Assembly: GCA_045106895.1 (NCBI GenBank)
Contig: JBGCFM010000012.1
Coordinates: 1 to 64,000, forward strand
Origin: Polyangiales bacterium
GTDB lineage: Bacteria; Myxococcota_A; Polyangia; Polyangiales; Houyiibacteriaceae
Length of the DNA stretch: 64,000 nucleotides
Reading direction: 5' to 3'
The notes under the pieces are model-generated. The model did not search any database and was not told the DNA's origin. It saw only the letters and a list, made by a program, of their open reading frames with translations. A program made the translations under genes and the position numbers. Positions 9,923 to 19,290 of this stretch are shown in pieces (position 1 is the first letter of the stretch; every line of letters begins with the position of its first letter).

Positions 9923-11209
9923 ATGCACTCTAGGGAAATGAGACCGCCTCCTGCGATTGGCCTCTTCGCCGCCAACCCCTTTGCCCTCACGCCGACTGAG
10001 CGTTTGTCCAGCATCCGGGAGCTCGAAGCGCTCTCGCTAGCTCGAGTCGTGTCGGAAGCCCTCGAAGAAGGCCACGTAGCGGCGGCGGAGGAAGCGGTTT
10101 TGGCAATGGGGATGCTCGCCATCATCCGAGAGCCCGCTACCACCTTGCAGCTCCCAAAGCGCCACCTCGCTAGGCTGCCGAAAACGCTCTCGGACTATCA
10201 GCGAATCGCGGCGGCGGCGGCGCGAGCGTACGACGCGATCAGCAAGATTGTGGGCGAGTCTCCCGCGATGGCCCGCGTGCGCCAAGAAGTCTGGTCCGCG
10301 TGTTTTGGCGACTCACTGCGGTGCGTTCTGCACCTGGAATCCGTCATCATCGATCACGACGTGCTGATCCTTGGTGAAACCGGCACCGGCAAGGAAGCCG
10401 TCGCGAGTGCGATTCAGACCGGGCTCCCCGGCGACGCGAACGGCGCTCCTGCACCCTCGTCCGCGCTGAATGCCGCCGCGGTGCCGGAGACTCTCCTCGA
10501 GAGCGAACTCTTCGGTCACGTCAAAGGCGCATTCACCGGCGCTCTTGAGTCTCGCCAAGGACGGATTCGTCGGGCGCGCGGAGGTTGCTTCTTTTTGGAC
10601 GAGGTCGGTGACCTTCGGGAATCCACGCAAGTGAAGTTGCTTCGTGTCATGGAGACAAACCTGGTGTCTCCGCTCGGCGCCGATGAGGGCGAACGCGCCG
10701 ACTGCCGTTACGTAGCGGCGACGCACAAAGACATCGAAGCGATGGTGGAGCGTGGCGAGTTTCGCCGCGACTTCTATCAACGTCTCGCCGGATTGGTGAT
10801 CACGCTCCCTCCGCTGTGTGAGCACACGGAGGACATCCCGGTGATCGGAGAGCGTTTCCTCGAACGGTACGAGGTACCAGACGATATTCGTCAACGCGCC
10901 CTTGTGTGGCTCGAGAAGGCCTCCCGAATGCCTTACGCCTGGCCCGGGAACGTGCGTGAACTGCAAAACCGTCTGCGCTCCGTGATGCTTGGGCTCGCAT
11001 CGCCACTCGGTCCAACGCCGAGTGCGCTCGTCCCGAAGGGAGCAACATTTCCGCCCTCCTTCGAGGATTGCACGGCGTCCATGAAAGAGGTGGAGAGCTG
11101 GTACCTCGCGAAAGTACTCGCGAAGGTGGACAACAACTACGCGGCCGCCTCTCGCATCCTCCATATGGATCGGGCGACGATTCGTAGGCGCGCCGCTCAG
11201 CTTAAATAG
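9923..11209 (+). CDS. Sigma54-dependent enhancer-binding protein (AAA+ plus Fis HTH), no receiver domain
   Basis: GETGTGKE, ESELFGHVKGAFTGA, FLDEVGD, FRRDFYQRL, WPGNVREL, C-terminal HTH; start 9923 or 9938. Confidence 0.93.
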   Translation: MHSREMRPPPAIGLFAANPFALTPTERLSSIRELEALSLARVVSEALEEGHVAAAEEAVLAMGMLAIIREPATTLQLPKRHLARLPKTLSDYQRIAAAAARAYDAISKIVGESPAMARVRQEVWSACFGDSLRCVLHLESVIIDHDVLILGETGTGKEAVASAIQTGLPGDANGAPAPSSALNAAAVPETLLESELFGHVKGAFTGALESRQGRIRRARGGCFFLDEVGDLRESTQVKLLRVMETNLVSPLGADEGERADCRYVAATHKDIEAMVERGEFRRDFYQRLAGLVITLPPLCEHTEDIPVIGERFLERYEVPDDIRQRALVWLEKASRMPYAWPGNVRELQNRLRSVMLGLASPLGPTPSALVPKGATFPPSFEDCTASMKEVESWYLAKVLAKVDNNYAAASRILHMDRATIRRRAAQLK

Positions 11210-11311
11210 CGTAAGGAACCTGACGTGCCGAGGCGTGCCATCGCGACGGAACGGCGCAGTATTCGAAGGCTCCATTCGGCTATCAAGCAAGGAACGCCGC
11301 TATCAACTTGG

Positions 11312-11327
11312 TGGCATAGGAATCGCA
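11312..11327 (+). promoter_or_regulatory. Putative sigma54 -24/-12 promoter
   Basis: TGGCATAGGAATCGCA, GG-N10-GC spacing, directly downstream of the sigma54 activator gene. Confidence 0.55.
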
Positions 11328-11340
11328 ACGCTCACGTGCT

Positions 11341-12168
11341 GTGCGCAAACTACTCCTGTTCCTTGGTCTCTGCGCATGCTCGCCAAGCCTCACCTCGATG
11401 CAGCCCGCGCGGACCGTCCCCGCAGGTCATGTCCAGGTGAGCGCTGCGCTACAAGGCACTCCCCCCGTGGGTGCCGCCGGCACCGCCTTGGACACCGTGG
11501 AGGCCATCGACGATATCGATTCGCGCACTCCTCCCGCGCGCATCCAGGCACTCGCCGAAGACGCTATTGCGGGGCTCGTCGCGCCGCCGTCCATCGACGC
11601 TCACCTCGGAGTTGCGTACGGCGTGTCGCGCCGCTTTGAGCTCGATGCCCGCATCGGTCCAACAGGCGCAGGCGCTGGGTTTCGAGTGCAGGTCCTCCGC
11701 AAGAGCCCCGGTATCTACCTAGCTATCGGCGCGATGCTCTCGTTCCAGTACCGGGACTTCGAGCTGGATCGCTTCACCGACGAGGCACGTATTCTCAACA
11801 TGCGGCGAATGGATCTTCGCGTCCCAATCTCGTTCGGGTACAGCAGCAGCCACATTCATGTGTGGGGCGGGCCCGTTTTCATGCACTCGCGCTTCTCCAC
11901 GGACCTAAACTTCTGCGTCCGATCACGCGGCGGCGAGTGTCAGTCCGAGGCAGAGGTCATGGCATCGGGGAGCGCCAACCATCTGGCCGGGCAGTTTGGC
12001 CTCGCCCTCGGAAAGGGGCGTATCTGGGTGGCCGCGGAGCTCACCATCGGTCGAGTCTGGGTCAACGGAGATGCGGAACTTTCAATGCCACGTACGACAC
12101 AAACCACAGCCTTCTCCCGAAGCGGCACAATTCTCCAGCCCGCCTTGGGTCTTCTCACCTGGTTCTAG
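11341..12168 (+). CDS. Hypothetical lipoprotein, beta-strand rich (possible outer-membrane barrel)
   Basis: Lipobox LCAC; amphipathic strands; ends in WF. Confidence 0.7.
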   Translation: MRKLLLFLGLCACSPSLTSMQPARTVPAGHVQVSAALQGTPPVGAAGTALDTVEAIDDIDSRTPPARIQALAEDAIAGLVAPPSIDAHLGVAYGVSRRFELDARIGPTGAGAGFRVQVLRKSPGIYLAIGAMLSFQYRDFELDRFTDEARILNMRRMDLRVPISFGYSSSHIHVWGGPVFMHSRFSTDLNFCVRSRGGECQSEAEVMASGSANHLAGQFGLALGKGRIWVAAELTIGRVWVNGDAELSMPRTTQTTAFSRSGTILQPALGLLTWF

Positions 12169-12280
12169 ACTCTTCAACAAACAAAGCTGCGAGGGGCGCT
12201 GAGGACAAAAGACGCATGTTCATTCTGAACGAAGAGCGGTCTAGCTTGCGGGAAGGTCGAAAAATCGAGAGACTCCCGCG

Positions 12281-12721
12281 GTGACTGTACCAAGCAATCG
12301 ACTCTGGAGCCGCACTCTCGCCGATGTCCTCATCGCCGCCATCAACGGCGACGATAAGATGAAGAAATTGGCCCGCAAGCTGGAGGAGACGATTCAACTC
12401 CGCTGCTTAGACACCCCTGCGGGCACCGACGTCGCGGCGCGATATGGATTTGCGAACGGCGAAGCGAAGCTCGTGGAATGGGTCGAAGAGCCATCTCCGG
12501 CAGCCTTTCGGAACGATAGCTTCGACAAGAAGACACTCCTCGCACGCACGACGGCCCCCTACAGTATCTGGGTGAAACTCGACAAAGGCGAGATGGGTGT
12601 CATCGACGCGATCCTTTCGCCCCACTACAAGTTCGAAGGCGCGAAGTTGAAAGTGCTCAAGAACATTCGCGTGTTCCATCGCGTCAACGAACTCTCGGCG
12701 GACATCGAAAAGGTCTACTGA
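12281..12721 (+). CDS. SCP2 (sterol carrier protein 2)-like lipid-binding protein
   Basis: Size and pattern (AAINGD...APYSIWVKLDKGEMGVIDAILSPHYKFEG) resemble SCP2 domains. Confidence 0.6.
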   Translation: MTVPSNRLWSRTLADVLIAAINGDDKMKKLARKLEETIQLRCLDTPAGTDVAARYGFANGEAKLVEWVEEPSPAAFRNDSFDKKTLLARTTAPYSIWVKLDKGEMGVIDAILSPHYKFEGAKLKVLKNIRVFHRVNELSADIEKVY

Positions 12722-12755
12722 GACCCCGCACGTTGGCACCCGACAGGGCGAGCGC

Positions 12756-13487
12756 CTAACGAGTGAAACGAACGCGGGCGCTACGATTGCCCGTGTCTTC
12801 GGCACCAGCCCAGCGAAGCGTCCCGAAGGAGGCTTCCGCATCCTCATCAATGGTCACCTCGAGTTGGAGCGTGAGACCGGTGGGTGATGGGCTGCAGCCG
12901 CCTGTGGTCGTGCAATCACAGACCTTCGTCCGACGGCAAAGCGTGAGTTTCAGGCAATCAACGCTCAACACTGGGTTTTCTTCGTCGCCCTCGACGGTGC
13001 ACATGAACGGCGTCGCGTCCCATGGACGGTTCGGAAGACACTGAGCCTCGGGACTCCCGCCACCGACTGGATGCGCCGTCTGCAGTGAGCACCAGCTCTG
13101 CCAGAGGTCCGTGACAGCGACGTCGATACGCAAAGTGGTCCCCGTGCGCGTGCCAATGGACGGATAGATGAACCCATCGGCGACGGGCACGGCTTCAAGC
13201 TGTGGGTCCACGCCGACTGGCCAACCAAGTTCGGCGTCGGTAGCCGTGCCGGGACCATCCCCCTCACCAAAAACGAGCGTCGCCATGACGGGCTCGCCAA
13301 TATTGGCAGACTCGATGTCGAGGACGACCTGGGTCGAGCCGGAAGGCAAGGAGCCCGTCTGGAGGACTCCGATCCATTGTCCCTCGAGCCCACCCTCCGT
13401 GGTGCCGCAGCTGCTCAAGAGCAGTGCGGCTAGGGGAGTCAGGCTCGAAAGGCAGCGGAGCAAACGGCTCGAACTACGACGTAGCAT
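12756..13487 (-). CDS. Hypothetical Cys-containing lipoprotein
   Basis: Lipobox LSSC; 8 further Cys; last gene of the minus-strand surface operon. Confidence 0.75.
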   Translation of the reverse strand: MLRRSSSRLLRCLSSLTPLAALLLSSCGTTEGGLEGQWIGVLQTGSLPSGSTQVVLDIESANIGEPVMATLVFGEGDGPGTATDAELGWPVGVDPQLEAVPVADGFIYPSIGTRTGTTLRIDVAVTDLWQSWCSLQTAHPVGGGSPEAQCLPNRPWDATPFMCTVEGDEENPVLSVDCLKLTLCRRTKVCDCTTTGGCSPSPTGLTLQLEVTIDEDAEASFGTLRWAGAEDTGNRSARVRFTR

Positions 13488-13514
13488 TTGGCTCTCAGTC
13501 TTGATCGGAAGTGA

Positions 13515-16157
13515 TCAGGGAGTGCTGTATGTGAACGAGATTCCGAAGCTCGGTGTGCCGCTGAAGCTACCGTAGGGGCGAACACCAAAGATGTGAGTCG
13601 CCGCGTCTGCTGTTGAGTTGTTGAACGTGAGTCTCTCTGGCGAGGAGTCCGTGGACGTGACGCAGGTGGCCGCACCACAGCTGGCGAGTTCGTAGAGAAC
13701 AATGTCGCCTGACGGGCTCGTCTGAACTACCACCTGGTCACCAGCAGGCACCGTTACGGAGTAGTAGAGGCTTTCTTCACCGCTACCACCACCGCAACCT
13801 GTGGCGGTCGAACGCGCTCCTCCGAACTCCGTAAGCTGATTGCTAAGCGTCACGTCCGCCGTCACCTCGGTGGCTGTTGCGCAAGTCGTGTTGGTAGGAA
13901 CGACCGGCGTTGTGTAAGTGACGCTCACATCGGTCAAACCAGTCGTGGTGGCACTGTACCCGCGCACGCCGACGTACTGAACTAGTGGGGCTGCGCCCAT
14001 GAGGTTGTCCACGGTGATCTCTTCGGGTGTGTCGGACGACTCGATGCAGTCAGTGTCCGCACAAGCGTTTTGACTGAAGACCACAAGGTCGGGCCCATCA
14101 AACACCAGTCGAGCGCGTTGGCCCGGAGGCACGGTCACTTCGTAGTAGAGCGCAGTTGCTCCAGTACCAAAGCCGCATTCAGCGCCCATTGGGCGAGCAC
14201 CACCCTCAACCGTGTCGGCTCCGATGATGACCACATCCTCGCTAACCGCCGTTGCCGTTGCACAGGTGTCGTTGTCGTTGGTCGCGAAAACAGGGGTTGT
14301 GTAGGCGAAGTCGATGTCGAAGGTGCCTGTGTCGCTGCTGTATCCGCGCACGCCGAGGTAGTACGTGGCGTCAAACGCCTCAGCGTTGTCGATGACCAAC
14401 CGCTCAGGGAAGTCGGCGGAGTCGGTGCATCCGTCGTCGTCACATGCATCTTGAATGAAGAGAACAAGGTCCGAGGTCCTCGTTGGCACATTCGCGGTGA
14501 CGCGCTGTCCTGCAGGCACTGTCACAGCGTAGTAGAGAGCCAGGGGCCCACTTCCGAAGCCGCAGCCGGTGCCTGATGGACGAGCACCGCCCTGCTCAAG
14601 ATCCTCTCCTGTGATGGTGACATCCTCGGTCACGACGGTTGCCGTCGAGCAAGAGGCGTTGTCAGCAATCACGGGCGTCGTGTAGGTGACGCTGAGGTCG
14701 TAGGTACCCGTGGTCGACGAGCTGTATCCACGAACCCCGACGTACTCAGTCACGGGATCGGTACCTGTCGCGTTGTCGATCGTCAGCGCCTCGGGGAAGT
14801 CGGAAGAGTCGGTGCACGTGCTTTCGCCGCAAGCGCTCAAACTGAACACCACAAGGTCCGCCGAGCTATCAGTATCCACGAGGGCTCGCTGACCTGCAGG
14901 CACTGTGACCTCGTAGTAGAGGGCCGTCGCACCGGTTCCGCCGCCGCATCCCGTTCCCATCGGACGATCGCCCCCAAGCTCGATGTCCTCGTCAGCGATG
15001 CTGATGTCGGCCGTCACCGGCGTTGCCGTAGCGCAGGTGTCGTTTAGCTCGAGACATGCGCTCTCTCGGCAGATCTGTCCGCTCTCACAAGCGTCACCGC
15101 AAGCACCGCAGTTGTTGGGGTCGTTGGTCAACACAGCGCACTCATCACCACAGGCCGTCGCGTCAGGAGCGCAAACGCAGCTTCCGGCGGAGCATTCTCC
15201 GCCTGGACCACAGTCAACGCCGCATGCGCCGCAGTTGTTTCGGTCCGAGGCCAGCGCCGCGCACTCTCCGTCGCAGTCGACGAAGCCTGGAAGGCAGCCA
15301 CAGACGCCATCTACGCATTCTGCGCCAGCCTCGCAGGTGTTGTCACAAGCACCACAATGAAGTCGACTTGTGTCCGTATCGGTGCAGCGCGCAACGTCAC
15401 CGCAAGCTGTCAGGCCGGTACCACAAGTGGAACAAGCACCATCCGTGCAGACGCCTTCATCGCCACAGGACGTGATGCAGTTTCCGCAGAAGTTGGCGTC
15501 GTTCATGGTGTCAACGCAGGCTCCGCTGCAGCTGATCTGGCCTTCGCCACATGAACAGGTCCCATCGACACATTCCGCTCCAGCGCTGCAGGCAGCGCCA
15601 CAAACGCCGCAGTTCATGCTGTCGGTCTGAGGGTCGGAACAAATGAACTCGTCCTCGCCGCTCGGGCATCGCTGGTCCGGGGCTTCGCAGTCGATGACGC
15701 AAGCACCTTCAAGGCAAATATCGCCTTCGCGACACGCGTTGCCACACATTCCGCAGTTGTCATTGTCGGTGGCGGGGTCCGTGCAAAGCCCATCGCAGCT
15801 CTTCTGTGGCTCTTCGCAGTCACATCGACCGACGGCGCAAGAGACACCGGAAGCACAGGCGTTCCCGCAGGCTCCACAGTGATTGGAGTCGCCGGCCAGG
15901 GCCGTGCAGCCCTCGCCGCAATCAACAAGGCCCGGCTCGCACATCACGCCAGAGTCCGGCACCTCTCCATCCACCAACGGAACGTCCGGCAGAACCGGGA
16001 CGTCCGGCACAAAGGTGTCTAGCTCGGAGGCGTCCACAGGCGCGCGATCGTCGTCATCGCCGCAGCCGATGGGTACGAGCAGCGCCGAAAACACGGCGAG
16101 GCGAAGGAGGAGCTTATAGTTAGTTGCGATTCTCATACGATTCTTCCGACTACTCAT
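13515..16157 (-). CDS. Large lipoprotein: 7 Stig1/MXAN_6577-like Cys repeats plus 4 tandem ~125-aa PPC-like beta-sandwich repeats
   Basis: Lipobox PIGC; DxxNCGxCGNxC-type repeats x7; NxxCxTAT...LYYxVTVPAG...GVRGYS...TYTTP x4; ATGA overlap with upstream gene. Confidence 0.85.
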   Translation of the reverse strand: MSSRKNRMRIATNYKLLLRLAVFSALLVPIGCGDDDDRAPVDASELDTFVPDVPVLPDVPLVDGEVPDSGVMCEPGLVDCGEGCTALAGDSNHCGACGNACASGVSCAVGRCDCEEPQKSCDGLCTDPATDNDNCGMCGNACREGDICLEGACVIDCEAPDQRCPSGEDEFICSDPQTDSMNCGVCGAACSAGAECVDGTCSCGEGQISCSGACVDTMNDANFCGNCITSCGDEGVCTDGACSTCGTGLTACGDVARCTDTDTSRLHCGACDNTCEAGAECVDGVCGCLPGFVDCDGECAALASDRNNCGACGVDCGPGGECSAGSCVCAPDATACGDECAVLTNDPNNCGACGDACESGQICRESACLELNDTCATATPVTADISIADEDIELGGDRPMGTGCGGGTGATALYYEVTVPAGQRALVDTDSSADLVVFSLSACGESTCTDSSDFPEALTIDNATGTDPVTEYVGVRGYSSSTTGTYDLSVTYTTPVIADNASCSTATVVTEDVTITGEDLEQGGARPSGTGCGFGSGPLALYYAVTVPAGQRVTANVPTRTSDLVLFIQDACDDDGCTDSADFPERLVIDNAEAFDATYYLGVRGYSSDTGTFDIDFAYTTPVFATNDNDTCATATAVSEDVVIIGADTVEGGARPMGAECGFGTGATALYYEVTVPPGQRARLVFDGPDLVVFSQNACADTDCIESSDTPEEITVDNLMGAAPLVQYVGVRGYSATTTGLTDVSVTYTTPVVPTNTTCATATEVTADVTLSNQLTEFGGARSTATGCGGGSGEESLYYSVTVPAGDQVVVQTSPSGDIVLYELASCGAATCVTSTDSSPERLTFNNSTADAATHIFGVRPYGSFSGTPSFGISFTYSTP

Positions 16158-16888
16158 GGCTCCTGGCAGACGCCGGCCAAACATTCAAAGTTGAGGTCAC
16201 ATGGCGGCCCATCGCCGCACTGGCAGTTGCCAGCGACGCAGCTGTCCGACGACCCTGTGCACACCGCACCACAGAACCCGCAGTTCACGGCATCGGTCTC
16301 GATGTCCGTGCAGCCGGACTGGCAGCACGTCTGTCCTTCGGCGCAGGGTTCGGTCCCAGAGCCGGTGCTGCAGACACAGTCGCCGGCGATGGTGCACACG
16401 TCGGCGCGAGTGCGATTCTCGCCGAGGGAGGCGCATCCTTCGCAGCACTCGGCGGACTCGTCTGCCCGACCGTTGCAGTTGTTATCTGCGCCGTCGCAGA
16501 TTTCGGTGGCTCCAGGGAGGTCACCGAAGGGGGGCCTGACGTCGTTGCGCTCGTCGTCGCAGTCGCAGACACCACCGATCGTGTCCTCGCCAGGCCGGCA
16601 GGCCTGAACGCCATCACTGTCGTTGTCGCCGCATGAGCCATCGTAGCGGCTGCAGTTCTGGTCGATACCGTCGCCGCAGATCTCGAAGGGCGGGTCCGCG
16701 GGGACACAGCAGAGCATGCTCCCAGGGTTGCAGTACGTATCCGGACAGTCCGTGTCCATCTCGCATGTGGACGGCGTCGGGGGCCCAGAGTCGGTGCCTC
16801 CCACGTCGATGGGCTGGTCGTCATCTCCGCATCCGGCGAAGATCGCCAGGATGCAGAGGGCTACGCAATGGTACGTCGAACGCTTCAT
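16154..16888 (-). CDS. Cys-rich lipoprotein with MopE-like putative metal-binding repeats
   Basis: Lipobox FAGC; EICGDGIDQNC, PGATEICDGADNNCNG and a Stig1-like repeat; ATGA overlaps on both sides. Confidence 0.85.
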   Translation of the reverse strand: MKRSTYHCVALCILAIFAGCGDDDQPIDVGGTDSGPPTPSTCEMDTDCPDTYCNPGSMLCCVPADPPFEICGDGIDQNCSRYDGSCGDNDSDGVQACRPGEDTIGGVCDCDDERNDVRPPFGDLPGATEICDGADNNCNGRADESAECCEGCASLGENRTRADVCTIAGDCVCSTGSGTEPCAEGQTCCQSGCTDIETDAVNCGFCGAVCTGSSDSCVAGNCQCGDGPPCDLNFECLAGVCQEP

Positions 16889-18561
16889 CGGCTGCGACGG
16901 CGGTAGGCAACGAAGAGGCCGAACACTGCGAAGAGCGCTGGCATGCCCGAGTCGTCAGAGGAGGAGGAGCCAACAATTCGGCAGCCGCAACCTTCATCTG
17001 GGTCCTGGGCCGTGCGACCGGCGTCGAATCCTGCGTCACCCATCACTCCGGCGTCCATGTCGGCGCCAGCATCCGGATCGGTACCCGCGTCCGAATCTGG
17101 GCCAGCGTCAGGAACACCAGCATCCATCGGCGGCATAGGAGGCGGAGGAACCGTACAGGTGTCGATGACGCACTCCAGGCCGGATGGGCAGACGACACCT
17201 TCGCAAGCGTCGTTGCAAGCACCGTCGTCGCAGTAGAAGCCTTCAGGACAGCTGATGATGTCACAGCCGCGCGGCGTGCATGTGCCGTCCGCGTTGCAGG
17301 TCTCGCCAGCTCCACATGGGGAGCATGGGCAACGGTTCACGCAGAGGCCTTCTCGGCAGAACTGGTCGTCGCCACAAGCGACCGCAGAACATGGGTCGAC
17401 GCAGCTGCCGGAGATGCAGTTGGTGCCAAACGGACAGACGATTCCGTCGCACGCATCGACGCAGCTTCCGCCATTGCAGCGTTGACCTGCCTCACACTCG
17501 GTGTCGATGCAGGTGTCCTCGACGCAGCTTCCGGTATCCGCATCACAGGTAAACCCTGCAGCGCAGCCACCCTCGAAGCAGATGTCGACGCAGCTTCCGC
17601 GGAAACAAGTCTGGCCGCCGGGGCACAGTCCTTCGCCGTCGTCTGGCTCGCCGTTGCAGTCGTTGTCGACACCGTCGCAGAGCTCGTCAACCGGGGTGCT
17701 GATGGGCTGACACACGGTGTCGGCGCCAACGCACTGAGTTCGGCCGGCGGCACATGGACCCACCTCGTCGGGGATCTCGCAAGGCATGTCCGAAGGACAG
17801 ACAACGCCACCGCTACGAACCGAGAAACGCCAAATGCCGGGCAAGCCGACGTTGGATGTGTCGCACACCTGAAGAATCTCATCGGTGAACGAGTTGGGGA
17901 GAACGACGAAGTCTTCTTCGTTGCCAGCATCAAAGCCCGCCTGGGCAGACGTGCACGTGTCGCTGGAGCACAAGCCGTCCGTTCCGCCGCTTGCACTGCC
18001 CGCCGTCCACTCGCAGGTCTCGTAGCGGAACTCCACGTCGAAGTCTCCGGACCCGCAGTCGAGAGCATTCGTCAGGATGAGCTGGAAGCTCATTCGCTTG
18101 TCGTTCTGCTGGCTGTAGTAGCCAACGTTGTACCAAGTGACGACGAGGCGGCCGGGTTCAAGGTGCCAGTACACCAAGTTCTCCGTGTCATCCGTGACAT
18201 CCGTACGGTTACGCGTGTCTACGTCAGCCCAATAAGGAGCGATCATCGGCTGATCGGCGACAGGAAACGGCGACGCCGTGAACGCGAAGATGTCGTCGTT
18301 GAAGCTAATGTTGCCGTTGTTGTTCACGAAGAACTCGGTGTACGGCCCGCCGAAGAAGCGAACGCCGCCTGAAAAGGCGCCGGTCAGGTCGACGGCCGAC
18401 GACGAACCATCGTCGTTCGAAGGCAATACGTTGGTTCCGAACCCCTCCGGCCCACCGAAGGAGCGAAGTAGAGGCGCAGCATGAGCGACCGGTGCCACAA
18501 AGAAGACTGCGGCGAGTGTCAGGGCCGTGACGATCCCGGTTCGAAGCTGATAAGAGTGCAT
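16885..18561 (-). CDS. Nidogen-like (NIDO) domain surface protein with Cys-rich stalk and MYXO-CTERM anchor
   Basis: Signal peptide; NDDGSS, FVNNNGNISF, IAPYWADVDTR, VVTWYNVGYY, FQLIL, GIWRF NIDO motifs; C-terminal GCGC, TM and RRRSR. Confidence 0.9.
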   Translation of the reverse strand: MHSYQLRTGIVTALTLAAVFFVAPVAHAAPLLRSFGGPEGFGTNVLPSNDDGSSSAVDLTGAFSGGVRFFGGPYTEFFVNNNGNISFNDDIFAFTASPFPVADQPMIAPYWADVDTRNRTDVTDDTENLVYWHLEPGRLVVTWYNVGYYSQQNDKRMSFQLILTNALDCGSGDFDVEFRYETCEWTAGSASGGTDGLCSSDTCTSAQAGFDAGNEEDFVVLPNSFTDEILQVCDTSNVGLPGIWRFSVRSGGVVCPSDMPCEIPDEVGPCAAGRTQCVGADTVCQPISTPVDELCDGVDNDCNGEPDDGEGLCPGGQTCFRGSCVDICFEGGCAAGFTCDADTGSCVEDTCIDTECEAGQRCNGGSCVDACDGIVCPFGTNCISGSCVDPCSAVACGDDQFCREGLCVNRCPCSPCGAGETCNADGTCTPRGCDIISCPEGFYCDDGACNDACEGVVCPSGLECVIDTCTVPPPPMPPMDAGVPDAGPDSDAGTDPDAGADMDAGVMGDAGFDAGRTAQDPDEGCGCRIVGSSSSDDSGMPALFAVFGLFVAYRRRSR

Positions 18562-18773
18562 CTGGGTTGATTAGCAGGTAAACCCGCCGTTGTGTAGGCC
18601 AACTAGCCAATCAGGCCGCCCGTTTCGTACGTATCAGGCGACAGATAGAGACCTTATTGTTTGTCTCGCCTTGGCACGGGATGCTGTTCTTCTGCGATCG
18701 GCGCTATTTTTTGTCGTTTGTCAGACTTTTGATGGAATAGGCGAACGCCGACTGTGGTTTGGGCGTGTCCCTA

Positions 18774-19247
18774 CTATGCCTCACGCTCGCGAAGCCACGC
18801 GCCTGAGCGTCCACCGGTTTTGGACTCGAGTCGCACATGCTCGATGATGATGCCCCGCTCTACAGCCTTGAGCATATCGTAGAGCGTGAGCGCTGCCGTC
18901 GACGCGGCGCACATCGCCTCCATTTCGACACCCGTCGGGCCCGTGCAGCGAGCGGTGGCGCGCACGAGGACGGAGGTGTCCGAGACGTCGAAGTGAACCT
19001 CAACGCTCGTCAGAGCCAGCGGGTGGCAGAGCGGGATCATCTCGCTCGTCTTCTTCGCAGCCTGGATGCCTGCGATTCGCGCCACAGCCAGCACGTCTCC
19101 TTTGGGAGCCCCCTCGCGAAGCAGCGCCAGCGTCGCCGGAGCGAGAAGAACGCGCGCGCTCGCCATCGCTTCCCGGACCGTGGCGGCTTTGTCGCTGATG
19201 TCCACGATTTGCGCGCGTCCATGTTCGTCCAGATGAGTCAGGGCCAT
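18774..19247 (-). CDS. moaC: Cyclic pyranopterin monophosphate synthase MoaC
   Basis: [39 protein letters not shown]. Confidence 0.97.
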   Translation of the reverse strand: MALTHLDEHGRAQIVDISDKAATVREAMASARVLLAPATLALLREGAPKGDVLAVARIAGIQAAKKTSEMIPLCHPLALTSVEVHFDVSDTSVLVRATARCTGPTGVEMEAMCAASTAALTLYDMLKAVERGIIIEHVRLESKTGGRSGAWLREREA

Positions 19248-19290
19248 GCCCCAGCTTGACCGCTACCGCGGCAAATGCCAGCACCGCCCG

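Noticed and set aside
16633..18372. 579-aa plus-strand ORF
   Set aside because: Antisense shadow of the NIDO and MopE-repeat genes; no motifs; typical of GC-rich DNA
16885..18561. traA orthologue call
   Set aside because: The head domain is NIDO rather than PA14-like, and there is no adjacent OmpA-type traB
18671..18686. TTGGCACGGGATGC sigma54-like site
   Set aside because: GG-to-GC spacing is 8 rather than 10, and it points at the 3' end of moaC
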